Positions 42,100-55,700 of a stretch of DNA of 64,000 nucleotides are shown piece after piece. Origin of the DNA: the human T2T-CHM13v2.0 reference genome, Homo sapiens; assembly GCF_009914755.1 (NCBI RefSeq), contig NC_060948.1; one strand, given 5' to 3'. The notes below the pieces were generated by a model. That model saw only the letters and a list, made by a program, of their open reading frames with translations. It ran no database searches and had not been told where the DNA came from. Position 1 is the stretch's first letter. Each line of letters opens with the position of its first letter. Both the position numbers and the translations under genes were made by a program.

Positions 42100-45000
42100 T
42101 CGAATGAAATGGAATGGAAAAGAAAGGAATGGAATGAAATGGAATGGAAAGGATTCGAATGGAATGCAATCGAATGGAATGGAATCGAGTGGAATGGAAT
42201 AAAATGGAAGAAAACTGGCAAGAAATGGAATCGAAATGAATGGAGTGTTATGGAACGGACTCAAAAGGAATTGAATGTAATAGAAAGGAGTGGAGTGGAA
42301 TCGAATATAATGGACTGGAATGGAATGAAATCACATGGAATGGGAACGAATGGAATGGAATGGAAAGGAATGGAATCGAATGGAAAGGAATCGAATGGAA
42401 GGGAATGAAATTGAATCAACACGAATGGAAGGGAATAGAATAGACTGTAATGGAATGGACTCGAATAGAATGGACACGAATGCTCAAATTAAATGGACTC
42501 GAATGGAATGGAAACGAAAGGAATGTCATCGGATGGAATTGAATCGATTGGAATGAAATCGCATAGAATGGAGTGGAATCAAATGGAATTGAATCGAAAG
42601 GAAAGGAAGCGAATGGACTGAAATGAAATGGAATGGAATTGAATGGAAAGTAATGCAATGGAATAGAATGGAACGAAATTTCACGGAATGGAATCAAACT
42701 GAATGGAATCAAATCAATGGAATCAAATCAAATGGAATGGAAAGGAATTGAATGGAGTAGATGGGATTGGATGGGATTGGAATGAAATGTACTGGAAAGG
42801 ACTCGAATTTCATGAAACGGAATGGAATGAATTGGAACGGAATGGACTCGAATGGAATGGAATGTCATGGGATGGCATCAAATGGAATGGCATCAAATGG
42901 AATGGAATCGAATGCAATGGAATGCTATGGAATGGAATGGAATGCATTGGAATGGAATGTCCTCTAATGGAATGGATTCGAGTGGAATGGAATTGAATAT
43001 AATGGAGTCGAATGAAACGGAATTGAAAGGAATGGGATCGAATACAATGGAATATACTGGAATGTAACGTAATGAACTCGAATGTAATTGACTGGAATGG
43101 AATGTACATGAATGGAATATAATCGAATGGAAAGTAATCCAATGGAATAGAATCTAATGCAATAAAATCGACTCAGATAGAGTAGAATGTAATGGAATGG
43201 AGTGCAGTGCAATGGAATGGAATGGAATGGAATGCAATTGAATGGAATGGAATGGAATGGAATGGGATGGAATGGTATGTAATGGATAGTAATGGACTGG
43301 AGTGAAATGGACTGGAAAGGAATGGACTCAAATTGAAAGGGCTCGAAAGGAATGGAGTCAAATGGAATGGTCTGGAATGGAATGAACACGAATGTAATGC
43401 AATCCAATAGAATGGAATCGAATGGCATGGAATATAAAGAAATGGAATCGAAGAGAATGGAAACAAATGGAATGGAATTGAATGGAATGGAATTGAATGG
43501 AATGGGAACGAATGGAGTGAAATTGTATGCAGTAGAAGAGAATAGAATGGAATGCAAGCGAAAGGAAGGGAATGGATTGGAATGGAATGGAATTCATTGG
43601 AATGGAAGGGAATGTAGTGTAATGGACAGGCCTGGAATAAAGTGGAATGCTACGGTCTCGAATGGAATAAAAATGTATGGAATGGAATGCAATGAAACGG
43701 AATCGAATGTCATAGAATGTAATGGAATGCAACAAAATGGAATCCAAAATCATTGACTGGAAAGGCTGGGTGTCGAAAGGAATTGACTCCAATGGAATGG
43801 AATCGAATGGAATGGAAGTGAATAGAATCGAACTAAATCGAATGGAATGGAATTGATAGGAACGGAATGGAAAGGAATGCAATGATTTGGCATGGAATGG
43901 AATCGAATGGCATCGAATGGAATGGAATGGAATGCAATGGAATGGAATGTATTAGAATGTAATGAACATTAATGGAATGTACTCGAATGGATTCGACTGG
44001 AATGGAATGTTCTGGAAGTGAATGGACTCCAATGGAATGGATTCGAAAGGAATGGAATCGAACGGAATGGAATCTAATGGAATGGAATTAAATGGAAATG
44101 AATCAAATTGAATAGCACGGAATTGAATTGAATGGAATCAAATGCAATGGAATCTAATGAAACGGAAAGGAAAGAATGGAATGGAATAGAATGGGCTGGA
44201 ATGGAAAGGAATCGAAACGAATGGAATGGAATCGAACTGAAGAGACTGGAATGGAATGCACTGGAATGGAAGGGAGTGTAATGGAAGGTTCTCGAAAAAA
44301 ATGGAATCGAATGGAATGGAATTGATTGGAACGGAATAGAGTCGAATGGAATTGAATGGAATGGAATGGACTAGAGTGAAATGGAATCGAACCACAAGGA
44401 ATGGACAGGAATAGAATGGTCTCGAATTGAATGGAATCGTATGGAATGGCATCAAACGGAATGGAATGGACAGCCACGGAATGGAATGCACTCGAATGCA
44501 ATGGAGTCGAAACTAATGGACTGGAATAGAATGGACTCGACTGGTACGGACTCCAATGGAATGGAATCGAATGGAAGGGAATCGAACGGAATGGACTCGA
44601 AGGGAAAAGACTGCAATGGAAAGGTCTCGAATGGAATGGAAATTAATGGGATGGAATGGAATCGAATGAAATGGAGTCAAAAGGAATGGAATCGAATGGC
44701 AAGAAATCGAATGTAATGGAATCGCAAGGAATTGATGTGAACGGAACGGAATGGAATGGAATCCAAAGGAATGGAATAGAATGGAATGGAATCGAATGGA
44801 AAGGACTCGAATGGAAATCACTCGAATACAATGCAATTTAATAAAATAGGATCAAATGTAATAGAATGGAATGGAAAGGAATCGAAACGGAAGGAATGGA
44901 GACAGATGGAATGGAATGGAACAGAGAGCAATGGTATAGAATGGAATGGAATCATCTGGAATGGAATTGAATGGAATGGAATAATATGAAATGGAATGGA

Positions 45001-48000
45001 ATGGAATGGAATGGAATGCCCTTGAATTAAATGGACTGGAATGGAATGGACTCGAACAGAGTGGAATGGAAAGTGTTGAGATAGAATGGAATGGACTCAT
45101 TTGGAATGGTGTAGTATGCAATGCAATCGACTGGCAGGGAATCAAAAGGAATGTAATCGAATGGATTGGACTGGAATGCAATGGATTCGAATAGATTGCA
45201 AACGGAATGCAAAGGAATGGAATGGAATAGTATGGAATGGAATGGAAAGGAATGGAGTGGAATAGACTAGAGTGGAATGGAATGGACTGGAAAGCAATGG
45301 ACTGGAATGGAACTTTCTTGAATGGACTGGAATCAAACGGAATGGAATGCAATGCAATCAAATGGCATGGAATAAAATAGAATGAAAGAGAATCAAATGG
45401 AATTGAATCGAATGGAATCGAATGGATTGGAAAGGAATAGAATGGAATGGAATGGAATTGACTCAAATGGAATGGACTAGAATGGAATGGATTCGAATGG
45501 AAGGCAAAGGAATGGAATCTATTGGAATGGACTGTAATGGAATGGAATGGAAGGGATTGGAATGGACTCGAATGGAATGGACTGCAATAGAAAGGATTCG
45601 AATGGAATGAAAAAGAATTGAATGGAATAGAACAGAATGGAATCAAATCGAATGAAATGGAATGGAAAAGAAAGGAATGGAATGAAATGGAATGGAAAGG
45701 ATTCGAATGGAATGCAATCGAATGGAATGGAATCGAGTGGAATGGAATAAAATGGAAGAAAACTGGCAAGAAATGGAATCGAAATGAATGGAGTGTTATG
45801 GAACGGACTCAAAAGGAATTGAATGTAATAGAATGGAGTGGAGTGGACTCGAATATAATGGACTGGAATGGAATGAAATCACATGGAATGGGAACGAATG
45901 GAATGGAATGGAAAGGAATGGAATCGAATGGAAAGGAATCGAATGGAAGGGAATGAAATTGAATCAACACGAATGGAAGGGAATAGAATAGACTGTAATG
46001 GAATGGACTCGAATAGAATGGACACGAATGCTCAAATTAAATGGACTCGAATGGAATGGAAACGAAAGGAATGTCATCGGATGGAATTGAATCGATTGGA
46101 ATGAAATCGCATAGAATGGAGTGGAATCAAATGGAATTGAATCGAAAGGAAAGGAAGCGAATGGACTGAAATGAAATGGAATGGAATTGAATGGAAAGTA
46201 ATGCAATGGAATAGAATGGAACGAAATTTCACGGAATGGAATCAAACTGAATGGAATCAAATCAATGGAATCAAATCAAATGGAATGGAAAGGAATTGAA
46301 TGGAGTAGATGGGATTGGATGGGATTGGAATGAAATGTACTGGAAAGGACTCGAATTTCATGAAACGGAATGGAATGAATTGGAACGGAATGGACTCGAA
46401 TGGAATGGAATGTCATGGGATGGCATCAAATGGAATGGCATCAAATGGAATGGAATCGAATGCAATGGAATGCTATGGAATGGAATGGAATGCATTGGAA
46501 TGGAATGTCCTCTAATGGAATGGATTCGAGTGGAATGGAATTGAATATAATGGAGTCGAATGAAACGGAATTGAAAGGAATGGGATCGAATACAATGGAA
46601 TATACTGGAATGTAACGTAATGAACTCGAATGTAATTGACTGGAATGGAATGTACATGAATGGAATATAATCGAATGGAAAGTAATCCAATGGAATAGAA
46701 TCTAATGCAATAAAATCGACTCAGATAGAGTAGAATGTAATGGAATGGAGTGCAGTGCAATGGAATGGAATGGAATGGAATGCAATTGAATGGAATGGAA
46801 TGGAATGGAATGGGATGGAATGGTATGTAATGGATAGTAATGGACTGGAGTGAAATGGACTGGAAAGGAATGGACTCAAATTGAAAGGTCTCGAAAGGAA
46901 TGGAGTCAAATGGAATGGTCTGGAATGGAATGAACACGAATGTAATGCAATCCAATAGAATGGAATCGAATGGCATGGAATATAAAGAAATGGAATCGAA
47001 GAGAATGGAAACAAATGGAATGGAATTGAATGGAATGGAATTGAATGGAATGGGAACGAATGGAGTGAAATTGTATGCAGTAGAAGAGAATAGAATGGAA
47101 TGCAAGCGAAAGGAAGGGAATGGATTGGAATGGAATGGAATTCATTGGAATGGAAGGGAATGTAGTGTAATGGACAGGCCTGGAATAAAGTGGAATGCTA
47201 CGGTCTCGAATGGAATAAAAATGTATGGAATGGAATGCAATGAAACGGAATCGAATGTCATAGAATGTAATGGAATGCAACAAAATGGAATCCAAAATCA
47301 TTGACTGGAAAGGCTGGGTGTCGAAAGGAATTGACTCCAATGGAATGGAATCGAATGGAATGGAAGTGAATAGAATCGAACTAAATCGAATGGAATGGAA
47401 TTGATAGGAACGGAATGGAAAGGAATGCAATGATTTGGCATGGAATGGAATCGAATGGCATCGAATGGAATGGAATGGAATGCAATGGAATGGAATGTAT
47501 TAGAATGTAATGAACATTAATGGAATGTACTCGAATGGATTCGACTGGAATGGAATGTTCTGGAAGTGAATGGACTCCAATGGAATGGATTCGAAAGGAA
47601 TGCAATCGAACGGAATGGAATCTAATGGAATGGAATTAAATGGAAATGAATCAAATTGAATAGCACGGAATTGAATTGAATGGAATCAAATGCAATGGAA
47701 TCTAATGAAACGGAAAGGAAAGAATGGAATGGAATAGAATGGGCTGGAATGGAAAGGAATCGAATCGAATGGAATGGAATCGAACTGAAGAGACTGGAAT
47801 GGAATGCACTGGAATGGAAGGGAGTGTAATGGAAGGTTCTCGACAAAAATGGAATCGAATGGAATGGAATTGATTGGAACGGAATAGAGTCGAATGGAAT
47901 TGAATGGAATGGAATGGACTAGAGTGAAATGGAATCGAACCACAAGGAATGGACAGGAATAGAATGGTCTCGAATTGAATGGAATCGTATGGAATGGCAT

Positions 48001-48970
48001 CAAACGGAATGGAATGGACAGCCACGGAATGGAATGCACTCGAATGCAATGGAGTCGAAACTAATGGACTGGAATAGAATGGACTCGACTGGTACGGACT
48101 CCAATGGAATGGAATCGAATGGAAGGGAATCGAACGGAATGGACTCGAAGGGAAAAGACTGCAATGGAAAGGTCTCGAATGGAATGGAAATTAATGGGAT
48201 GGAATGGAATCGAATGAAATGGAGTCAAAAGGAATGGAATCGAATGGCAAGAAATCGAATGTAATGGAATCGCAAGGAATTGATGTGAACGGAACGGAAT
48301 GGAATGGAATCCAAAGGAATGGAATAGAATGGAATGGAATCGAATGGAAAGGACTCGAATGGAAATCACTCGAATACAATGCAATTTAATAAAATAGGAT
48401 CAAATGTAATAGAATGGAATGGAAAGGAATCGAAACGGAAGGAATGGAGACAGATGGAATGGAATGGAACAGAGAGCAATGGTATAGAATGGAATGGAAT
48501 CATCTGGAATGGAATTGAATGGAATGGAATAATATGAAATGGAATGGAATGGAATGGAATGGAATGCCCTTGAATTAAATGGACTGGAATGGAATGGACT
48601 CGAACAGAGTGGAATGGAAAGTGTTGAGATAGAATGGAATGGACTCATTTGGAATGGTGTAGTATGCAATGCAATCGACTGGCAGGGAATCAAAAGGAAT
48701 GTAATCGAATGGATTGGACTGGAATGCAATGGATTCGAATAGATTGCAAACGGAATGCAAAGGAATGGAATGGAATAGTATGGAATGGAATGGAAAGGAA
48801 TGGAGTGGAATAGACTAGAGTGGAATGGAATGGACTGGAAAGCAATGGACTGGAATGGAACTTTCTTGAATGGACTGGAATCAAACGGAATGGAATGCAA
48901 TGCAATCAAATGGCATGGAATAAAATAGAATGAAAGAGAATCAAATGGAATTGAATCGAATGGAATCGAA
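42100..48970 (+). repeat. Single-monomer tandem duplication, period 3,548 bp
   Basis: Private variants repeat at +3548: GGAATCGAGT (42181/45729), GTCATCGGAT (~42525/46073), GGTATGTAAT (~43274/46822), TTGATTGGA (~44322/47870), CTCATTTGG (~45096/48644), AGATTGCAAAC (~45193/48741). Ends are approximate. Confidence 0.85.
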
Positions 48971-51900
48971 TGGAATGGAATGGAATGGACTAGAATGGAA
49001 TGGATTCGAATGGAAGGCAAAGGAATGGAATCTATTGGAATGGACTGTAATGGAAAGGAATGGAAGGGATTGGAATGGACTCGAATGGAATGGACTGCAA
49101 TAGAAAGGATTCGAATGGAATGAAAAAGAATTGAATGGAATAGAACAGAATGGAATGAAATCGAATGAAATGGAATGGAATAGAAAGGAATGGAATGAAA
49201 TGGAATGGAAAGGATTCGAATGGAATGCAATCGAATGGAATGGAATCGAACGGAATGGAATAAAATGGAAGAAAACTGGCAAGAAATGGAATCGAAATGA
49301 ATGGAGTGTTATGGAACGGACTCAAAAGGAATTGAATGTAATAGAATGGAGTGGAGTGGACTCGAATATAATGGACTGGAATGGAATGAAATCACATGGA
49401 ATGGGAACGAGTGGAATGGAATGGAAAGGAATGGAATCGAATGGAAAGGAATCGAATGGAAGGGAATGAAATTGAATCAACAGGAATGGAAGGGAATAGA
49501 ATAGACGGTAATGGAATGGACTCGAATAGAATGGACACGAATGCTCAAATTGAATGGACTCGAATGGAATGGAAACGAAAGGAATGTCATCGAATGGAAT
49601 TGAATCGATTGGAATGAAATTGCATAGAATGGAGTGGAATCAAATGGAATTGAATCGAAAGGAAAGGAAGCGAATGGACTGAAATGAAATGGAATGGAAT
49701 TGAATGGAAAGTAATGCAATGGAATAGAATGGAACGAAATTTCACGGAATGGAATCAAACTGAATGGAATCAAATCAATGGAATCCAATCAAATGGAATG
49801 GAGTAGATTGGATTGGATGGGATTGGAATGAAATGTACTGGAAAGGACTCGAATTTCATGAAACGGAATGGAATGAATTGGAACGGAATGGACTCGAATG
49901 GAATGGAATGTCATAGAATGGTATCAAATGGAATGGCATCAAATGGAATGGAATCGAATGCAATGGAATGCTATGGAATGGAATGGAATGCATTGGAATG
50001 GAATGTCCTCTAATGGAATGGATTCGAGTGGAATGGAATCGAATATAATGGAGTCGAATGAAATGGAATTGAAAGGAATGGGATGGAATACAATGGAATA
50101 TACTGGAATGTAATGTAATGAACTCGAATGTAATTGACTGGAATGGAATGTACATGAGTGGAATGTAATCGAATGGAAAGTAATCCAATGGAATAGAATC
50201 TAATGCAATAAAATCGACTCAGATAGAGTAGAATGTAATGGAATGGAGTGCAGTGCAATGGAATGGAATGGAATGGAATGCAATGGAATGGAATGGAATG
50301 GAATGGAATGGGATGGAATGGTATGGAATGGATAGTAATGGACTGGAGTGAAATGGACTGGAAAGGAATGGACTCAAATTGAAAGGTCTCGAAAGGAATG
50401 GAGTCAAATGGAATGGTCTGGAATGGAATGAACACGAATGTAATGCAATCCAACAGAATGGAATCGAATGGCATGGAATATAAAGAAATGGAATCGAAGA
50501 GAATGGAAACAAATGGAATGGAATTGAATGGAATGGAATTGAATGGAATGTGAACGAATGTAGTGAAATTGTATGCAGTAGAAGAGAATAGAATGGAATG
50601 CAAGCGAAATGAAAGGAATGGATTGGAATGGAATGGAATTCATTGGAATGGAAGGGAATGTAGTGTAATGGACAGGCCTGGAATAAAGTGGAATGCTACG
50701 GTCTCGAATGGAATAAAAATGTATGGAATGGAATGCAATGAAACGGAATCGAATGTCATAGAATGTAATGGAATGCAAAAAAATGGAATCCAAAATCATT
50801 GAATGCAAAGGCTGGGTGTCGAAAGGAATTGACTCCAATGGAATGGAATCGAATGGAATGGAAGTGAATAGAATCGAACTAAATCGAATGGAATGGAATT
50901 GATAGGAACGGAATGAAAAGGAATGCAATGATTTGGCATGAAATGGAATCGAATGGCATCGAATGGAATGGAATGGAATGCAATGGAATGGAATGTATTA
51001 GAATGTAATGAACTTTAATGGAATGTACTCGAATGGATTCGACTGGAATGGAATGTTCTGGAAGTGAATGGACTCCAATGGAATGGATTCAAAAGGAATG
51101 GAATCGTACGGAATGGAATCCAATGGAATGGAATTAAATGGAAATGAATCAAATTGAATAGCACGGAATTGAATTGAATGGAATTGAATGCAATGGAATC
51201 TAATGAAACGGAAAGGAAAGGAATGGAATGGAATGGAATGGGCTGGAATGGAAAGGAATCGAAACGAATGGAATGGAATCGAACTGAAGAGACTGGAATG
51301 GAATGCACTGGAATGGAAGGGAGTGTAATGGAAGGTTCTCGAAAAAAATGGAATCGAATGAAATGCAATTGAATGGAACGGAATAGAGTCGAATGGAATT
51401 GAATGGAATGGAATGGACTAGAGTGAAATGGAATCGAACCACAAGGAATGGACAGGAATAGAATGGTCTCGAATTGAATGGAATCGTATGGAATGGCATC
51501 AAACGGAATGGAATGGACAGCCACGGAATGGAATGCACTCGAATGCAATGGAGTCGAAACTAATGGACTGGAATAGAATGGACTCGACTGGTACGGACTC
51601 CAATGGAATGGAATCGAATGGAAGGGAATCGAACGGAATGGACTCGAAGGGAAAAGACTGCAATGGAAAGGTCTCGAATGGAATGGAAATTAATGGAATG
51701 GAATGGAATCGAATGAAATGGAGTCGAAAGGAATGGAATCGAATGGCAAGAAATCGAATGTAATGGAATCGCAAGGAATTGATGTGAACGGAACGGAATG
51801 GAATGGAATCCAAAGGAATGGAATAGAATGGAATGGAATCGAATGGAAAGGACTCGAATGGAAATCACTCGAATAGAATACAATTTAATAAAATAGGATC

Positions 51901-52779
51901 AAATGTAATGGAATGCAATGGAAAGGAATCGAAACGAAAGGAATGGAGACAGATGGAATGGAATGGAACAGAGAGCAATGGTATAGAATGGAATGGAATC
52001 ATCTGGAATGGAATTGAATGGAATGGAATAATATGAAATGGAATGCAATGGAATGGAATGGAATGCCCTTGAATTAAATGGACTGGAATGGAATGGACTC
52101 GAACAGAGTGGAATGGAAAGTGTTGAGATAGAATGGAATGGACTCCTTTGGAATGGTGTAGTATGCAATGCAATCGACTGGCAGGGAATCAAAAGGAATG
52201 TAATCGAATGGATTGGACTGGAATGCAATGGACTCGAATAGATTGGAAACGGAATGCAAAGGAATGGAATGGAATAGTATGGAATGGAATGGAAAGGAAT
52301 GGAGTGGAATAGACTAGAGTGGAATGGAATGGACTGGAAAGCAATGGACTGGAATGGAACTTTCTTGAATGGACTGGAATCAAACGGAATGGAATGCAAT
52401 GCAATCAAATGGCATGGAATAAAATAGAATGAAAGAGAATCAAATGGAATTGAATCGAATGGAATCGAATGGATTGGAAAGGAATAGAATGGAATGGAAT
52501 GGAATTGACTCAAATGGAATGGACTAGAATGGAATGGATTCGAATGGAAGGCAAAGGAATGGAATCTATTGGAATGGACTGTAATGGAATGGAATGGAAG
52601 GGATTGGAATGGACTCGAATGGAATGGACTGCAATAGAAAGGATTCGAATGGAATGAAAAAGATTTGAATGGAATAGAACAGAATGGAATCAAATCGAAT
52701 GAAATGGAATGGAATAGAAAGGAATGGAATGAAATGGAATGGAAAGGATTCGAATGGAATGCAATCGAATGGAATGGAA

Positions 52780-55700
52780 TCGAACGGAATGGAATAAAAT
52801 GGAAGAAAACTGGCAAGAAATGGAATCGAAATGAATGGAGTGTTATGGAACGGACTCAAAAGGAATTGAATATAATAGAATGGAGTGGAGTGGACTCGAA
52901 TATAATGGACTGGAATGGAATGAAATCACATGGAATGGGAACGAATGGAATGGAATGGAAAGGAATGGAATCGAATGGAAAGGAATCGAATGGAAGGGAA
53001 TGAAATTGAATCAACAGGAATGGAAGGGAATAGAATAGACGGTAATGGAATGGACTCGAATAGAATGGACACGAATGCTCAAATTGAATGGACTCGAATG
53101 GAATGGAAAAGAAAGGAATGTCATCGAATGGAATTGAATCGATTGGAATGAAATCACTTAGAATCGAGTGGAATCAAATGGAATTGAATCGAAAGGAAAG
53201 GAAGCGAATGGACTGAAATGAAATGGAATGGAATTGAATGGAAAGTAATGCAATGGAATAAAATGGAACGAAATTTCACGGAATGGAATCAAACTGAATG
53301 GAATCAAATCAATGGAATCTAATCAAATGGAATGGAAAGGAATTGAATGGAGTAGATTGGATTGGATGGGATTGGAATGAAATGTACTGGAAAGGACTCG
53401 AATTTCATGAAACGGAATGGAATGAATTGGAACGGAATGGACTCGAATGGAATGGAATGTCATGGAATGGCATCAAATGGAATGGCATCAAATGGAATGG
53501 AATCGAATGCAATGGAATGTTATGGAATGGAATGGAATGCATTGGAATGGAATGTCCTCTAATGGAATGGATTCGAGTGGAATGGAATCGAATATAATGG
53601 AGTCGAATGAAATGGAATTGAAAGGAATGGGATCGAATACAATAGAATATACTGGAATGTAATGTAATGAACTCGAATGTAATTGACTGGAATGGAATGT
53701 ACATGAATGGAATGTAATCGAATGGAAAGTAATCCAATGGAATAGAATCTAATGCAATAAAACCGACTCAGATAGAGTAGAATGTAATGGAATGGAGTGC
53801 AGTGCAATGGTATGGAATGGAATTGAATGCAATGGAATGGAATGGAATGGAATGGAATGGAATGGAATGGAATGGAATGGAATGGGATGGAATGGTATGG
53901 AATGGATAGTAATGGACTGGAGTGAAATGGACTGGAAAGGAATGGACTCAAATTGAAAGGGCTCGAAAGGAATGGAGTCAAATGGAATGGTCTGGAATGG
54001 AATGAACACGAATGTAATGCAACCCAATAGAATGGAATCGAATGGCATGGAATATAAAGAAATGGAATCGAAGAGAATGGAAACAAATGGAATGGAATTG
54101 AATGGAATGGAATTGAATGGAATGGGAACGAATGGAGTGAAATTGTATGCAGTAGAAGAGAATAGAATGGAATGCAAGCGAAAGGAAAGGAATGGATTGG
54201 AATGGAATGGAATTCATTGGAATGGAAGGGAATGTAGTGTAATGGACAGGCCTGGAATAAAGTGGAATGCTACGGTCTCGAATGGAATAAAAATGTATGG
54301 AATGGAATGCAATGAAACGGAATCGAATGTCATAGAATGTAATGGAATGCAAAAAAATGGAATCCAAAATCATTGACTGGAAAGGCTGGGTGTCGAAAGG
54401 AATTGACTCCAATGGAATGGAATCGAATGGAATGGAAGTGAATAGAATCGAACTAAATCGAATGGAATGGAATTGATAGGAACGGAATGGAAAGGAATGC
54501 AATGATTTGGCATGGAATGGAATCGAATGGCATCGAATGGAATGGAATGGAATGCAATGGAATGGAATGTATTAGAATGTAATGAACTTTAATGGAATGT
54601 ACTCGAATGGATTCGACTGGAATGGAATGTTCTGGAAGTGAATGGACTCCAATGGAATGGATTCAAAAGGAATGGAATCGTACGGAATGGAATCTAATGG
54701 AATGGAATTAAATGGAAATGAATCAAATTGAATAGCACGGAATTGAATTGAATGGAATGGAATGCAATGGAATCTAATGAAACGGAAAGGAAAGGAATGG
54801 AATGGAATGGAATGGGCTGGAATGGAAAGGAATCGAAACGAATGGAATGGAATCGAACTGAAGAGACTGGAATGGAATGCACTGGAATGGAAGGGAGTGT
54901 AATGGAAGGTTGTCGAAAAAAATGGAATCGAATGGAATGGAATTGAATGGAACGGAATAGAGTCGAATGGAATTGAATGGAATGGAATGGACTAGAGTGA
55001 AATGGAATCGAACCACAAGGAATGGACAGGAATAGAATGGTCTCGAATTGAATGGAATCGTATGGAATGGCATCAAACGGAATGGAATGGACAGCCACGG
55101 AATGGAATGCACTCGAATGCAATGGAGTCGAAACAAATGGACTGGAATAGAATGGACTCGACTGGTACGGACTCCAATGGAATGGAATCGAATGGAAGGG
55201 AATCGAACGGAAGGGAATCGAACGGAATGGACTCGAAGGGAAAAGACTGCAATGGAAAGGTCTCGAATGGAATGGAAATTAATGGAATGGAATGGAATCG
55301 AATGAAATGGAGTCAAAAGGAATGGAATCGAATGGCAAGAAATCGAATGTAATGGAATCGCAAGGAATTGATGTGAACGGAACGGAATGGAATGGAATCC
55401 AAAGGAATGGAATAGAATGGAATGGAATCGAATGGAAAGGACTCGAATGGAAATCACTCGAATAGAATGCAATTTAATAAAATAGGATCAAATGTAATGG
55501 AATGGAATGGAAAGGAATCGAAACGAAAGGAATGGAGACAGATGGAATGGAATGGAACAGAGAGCAATGGTATAGAATGGAATGGAATCATCTGGAATGG
55601 AATTGAATGGAATGGAATAATATGAAATGGAATGGAATGGAATGGAATGGAATGCCCTTGAATTAAATGGACTGGACTCGAACAGAGTGGAATGGAAAGT

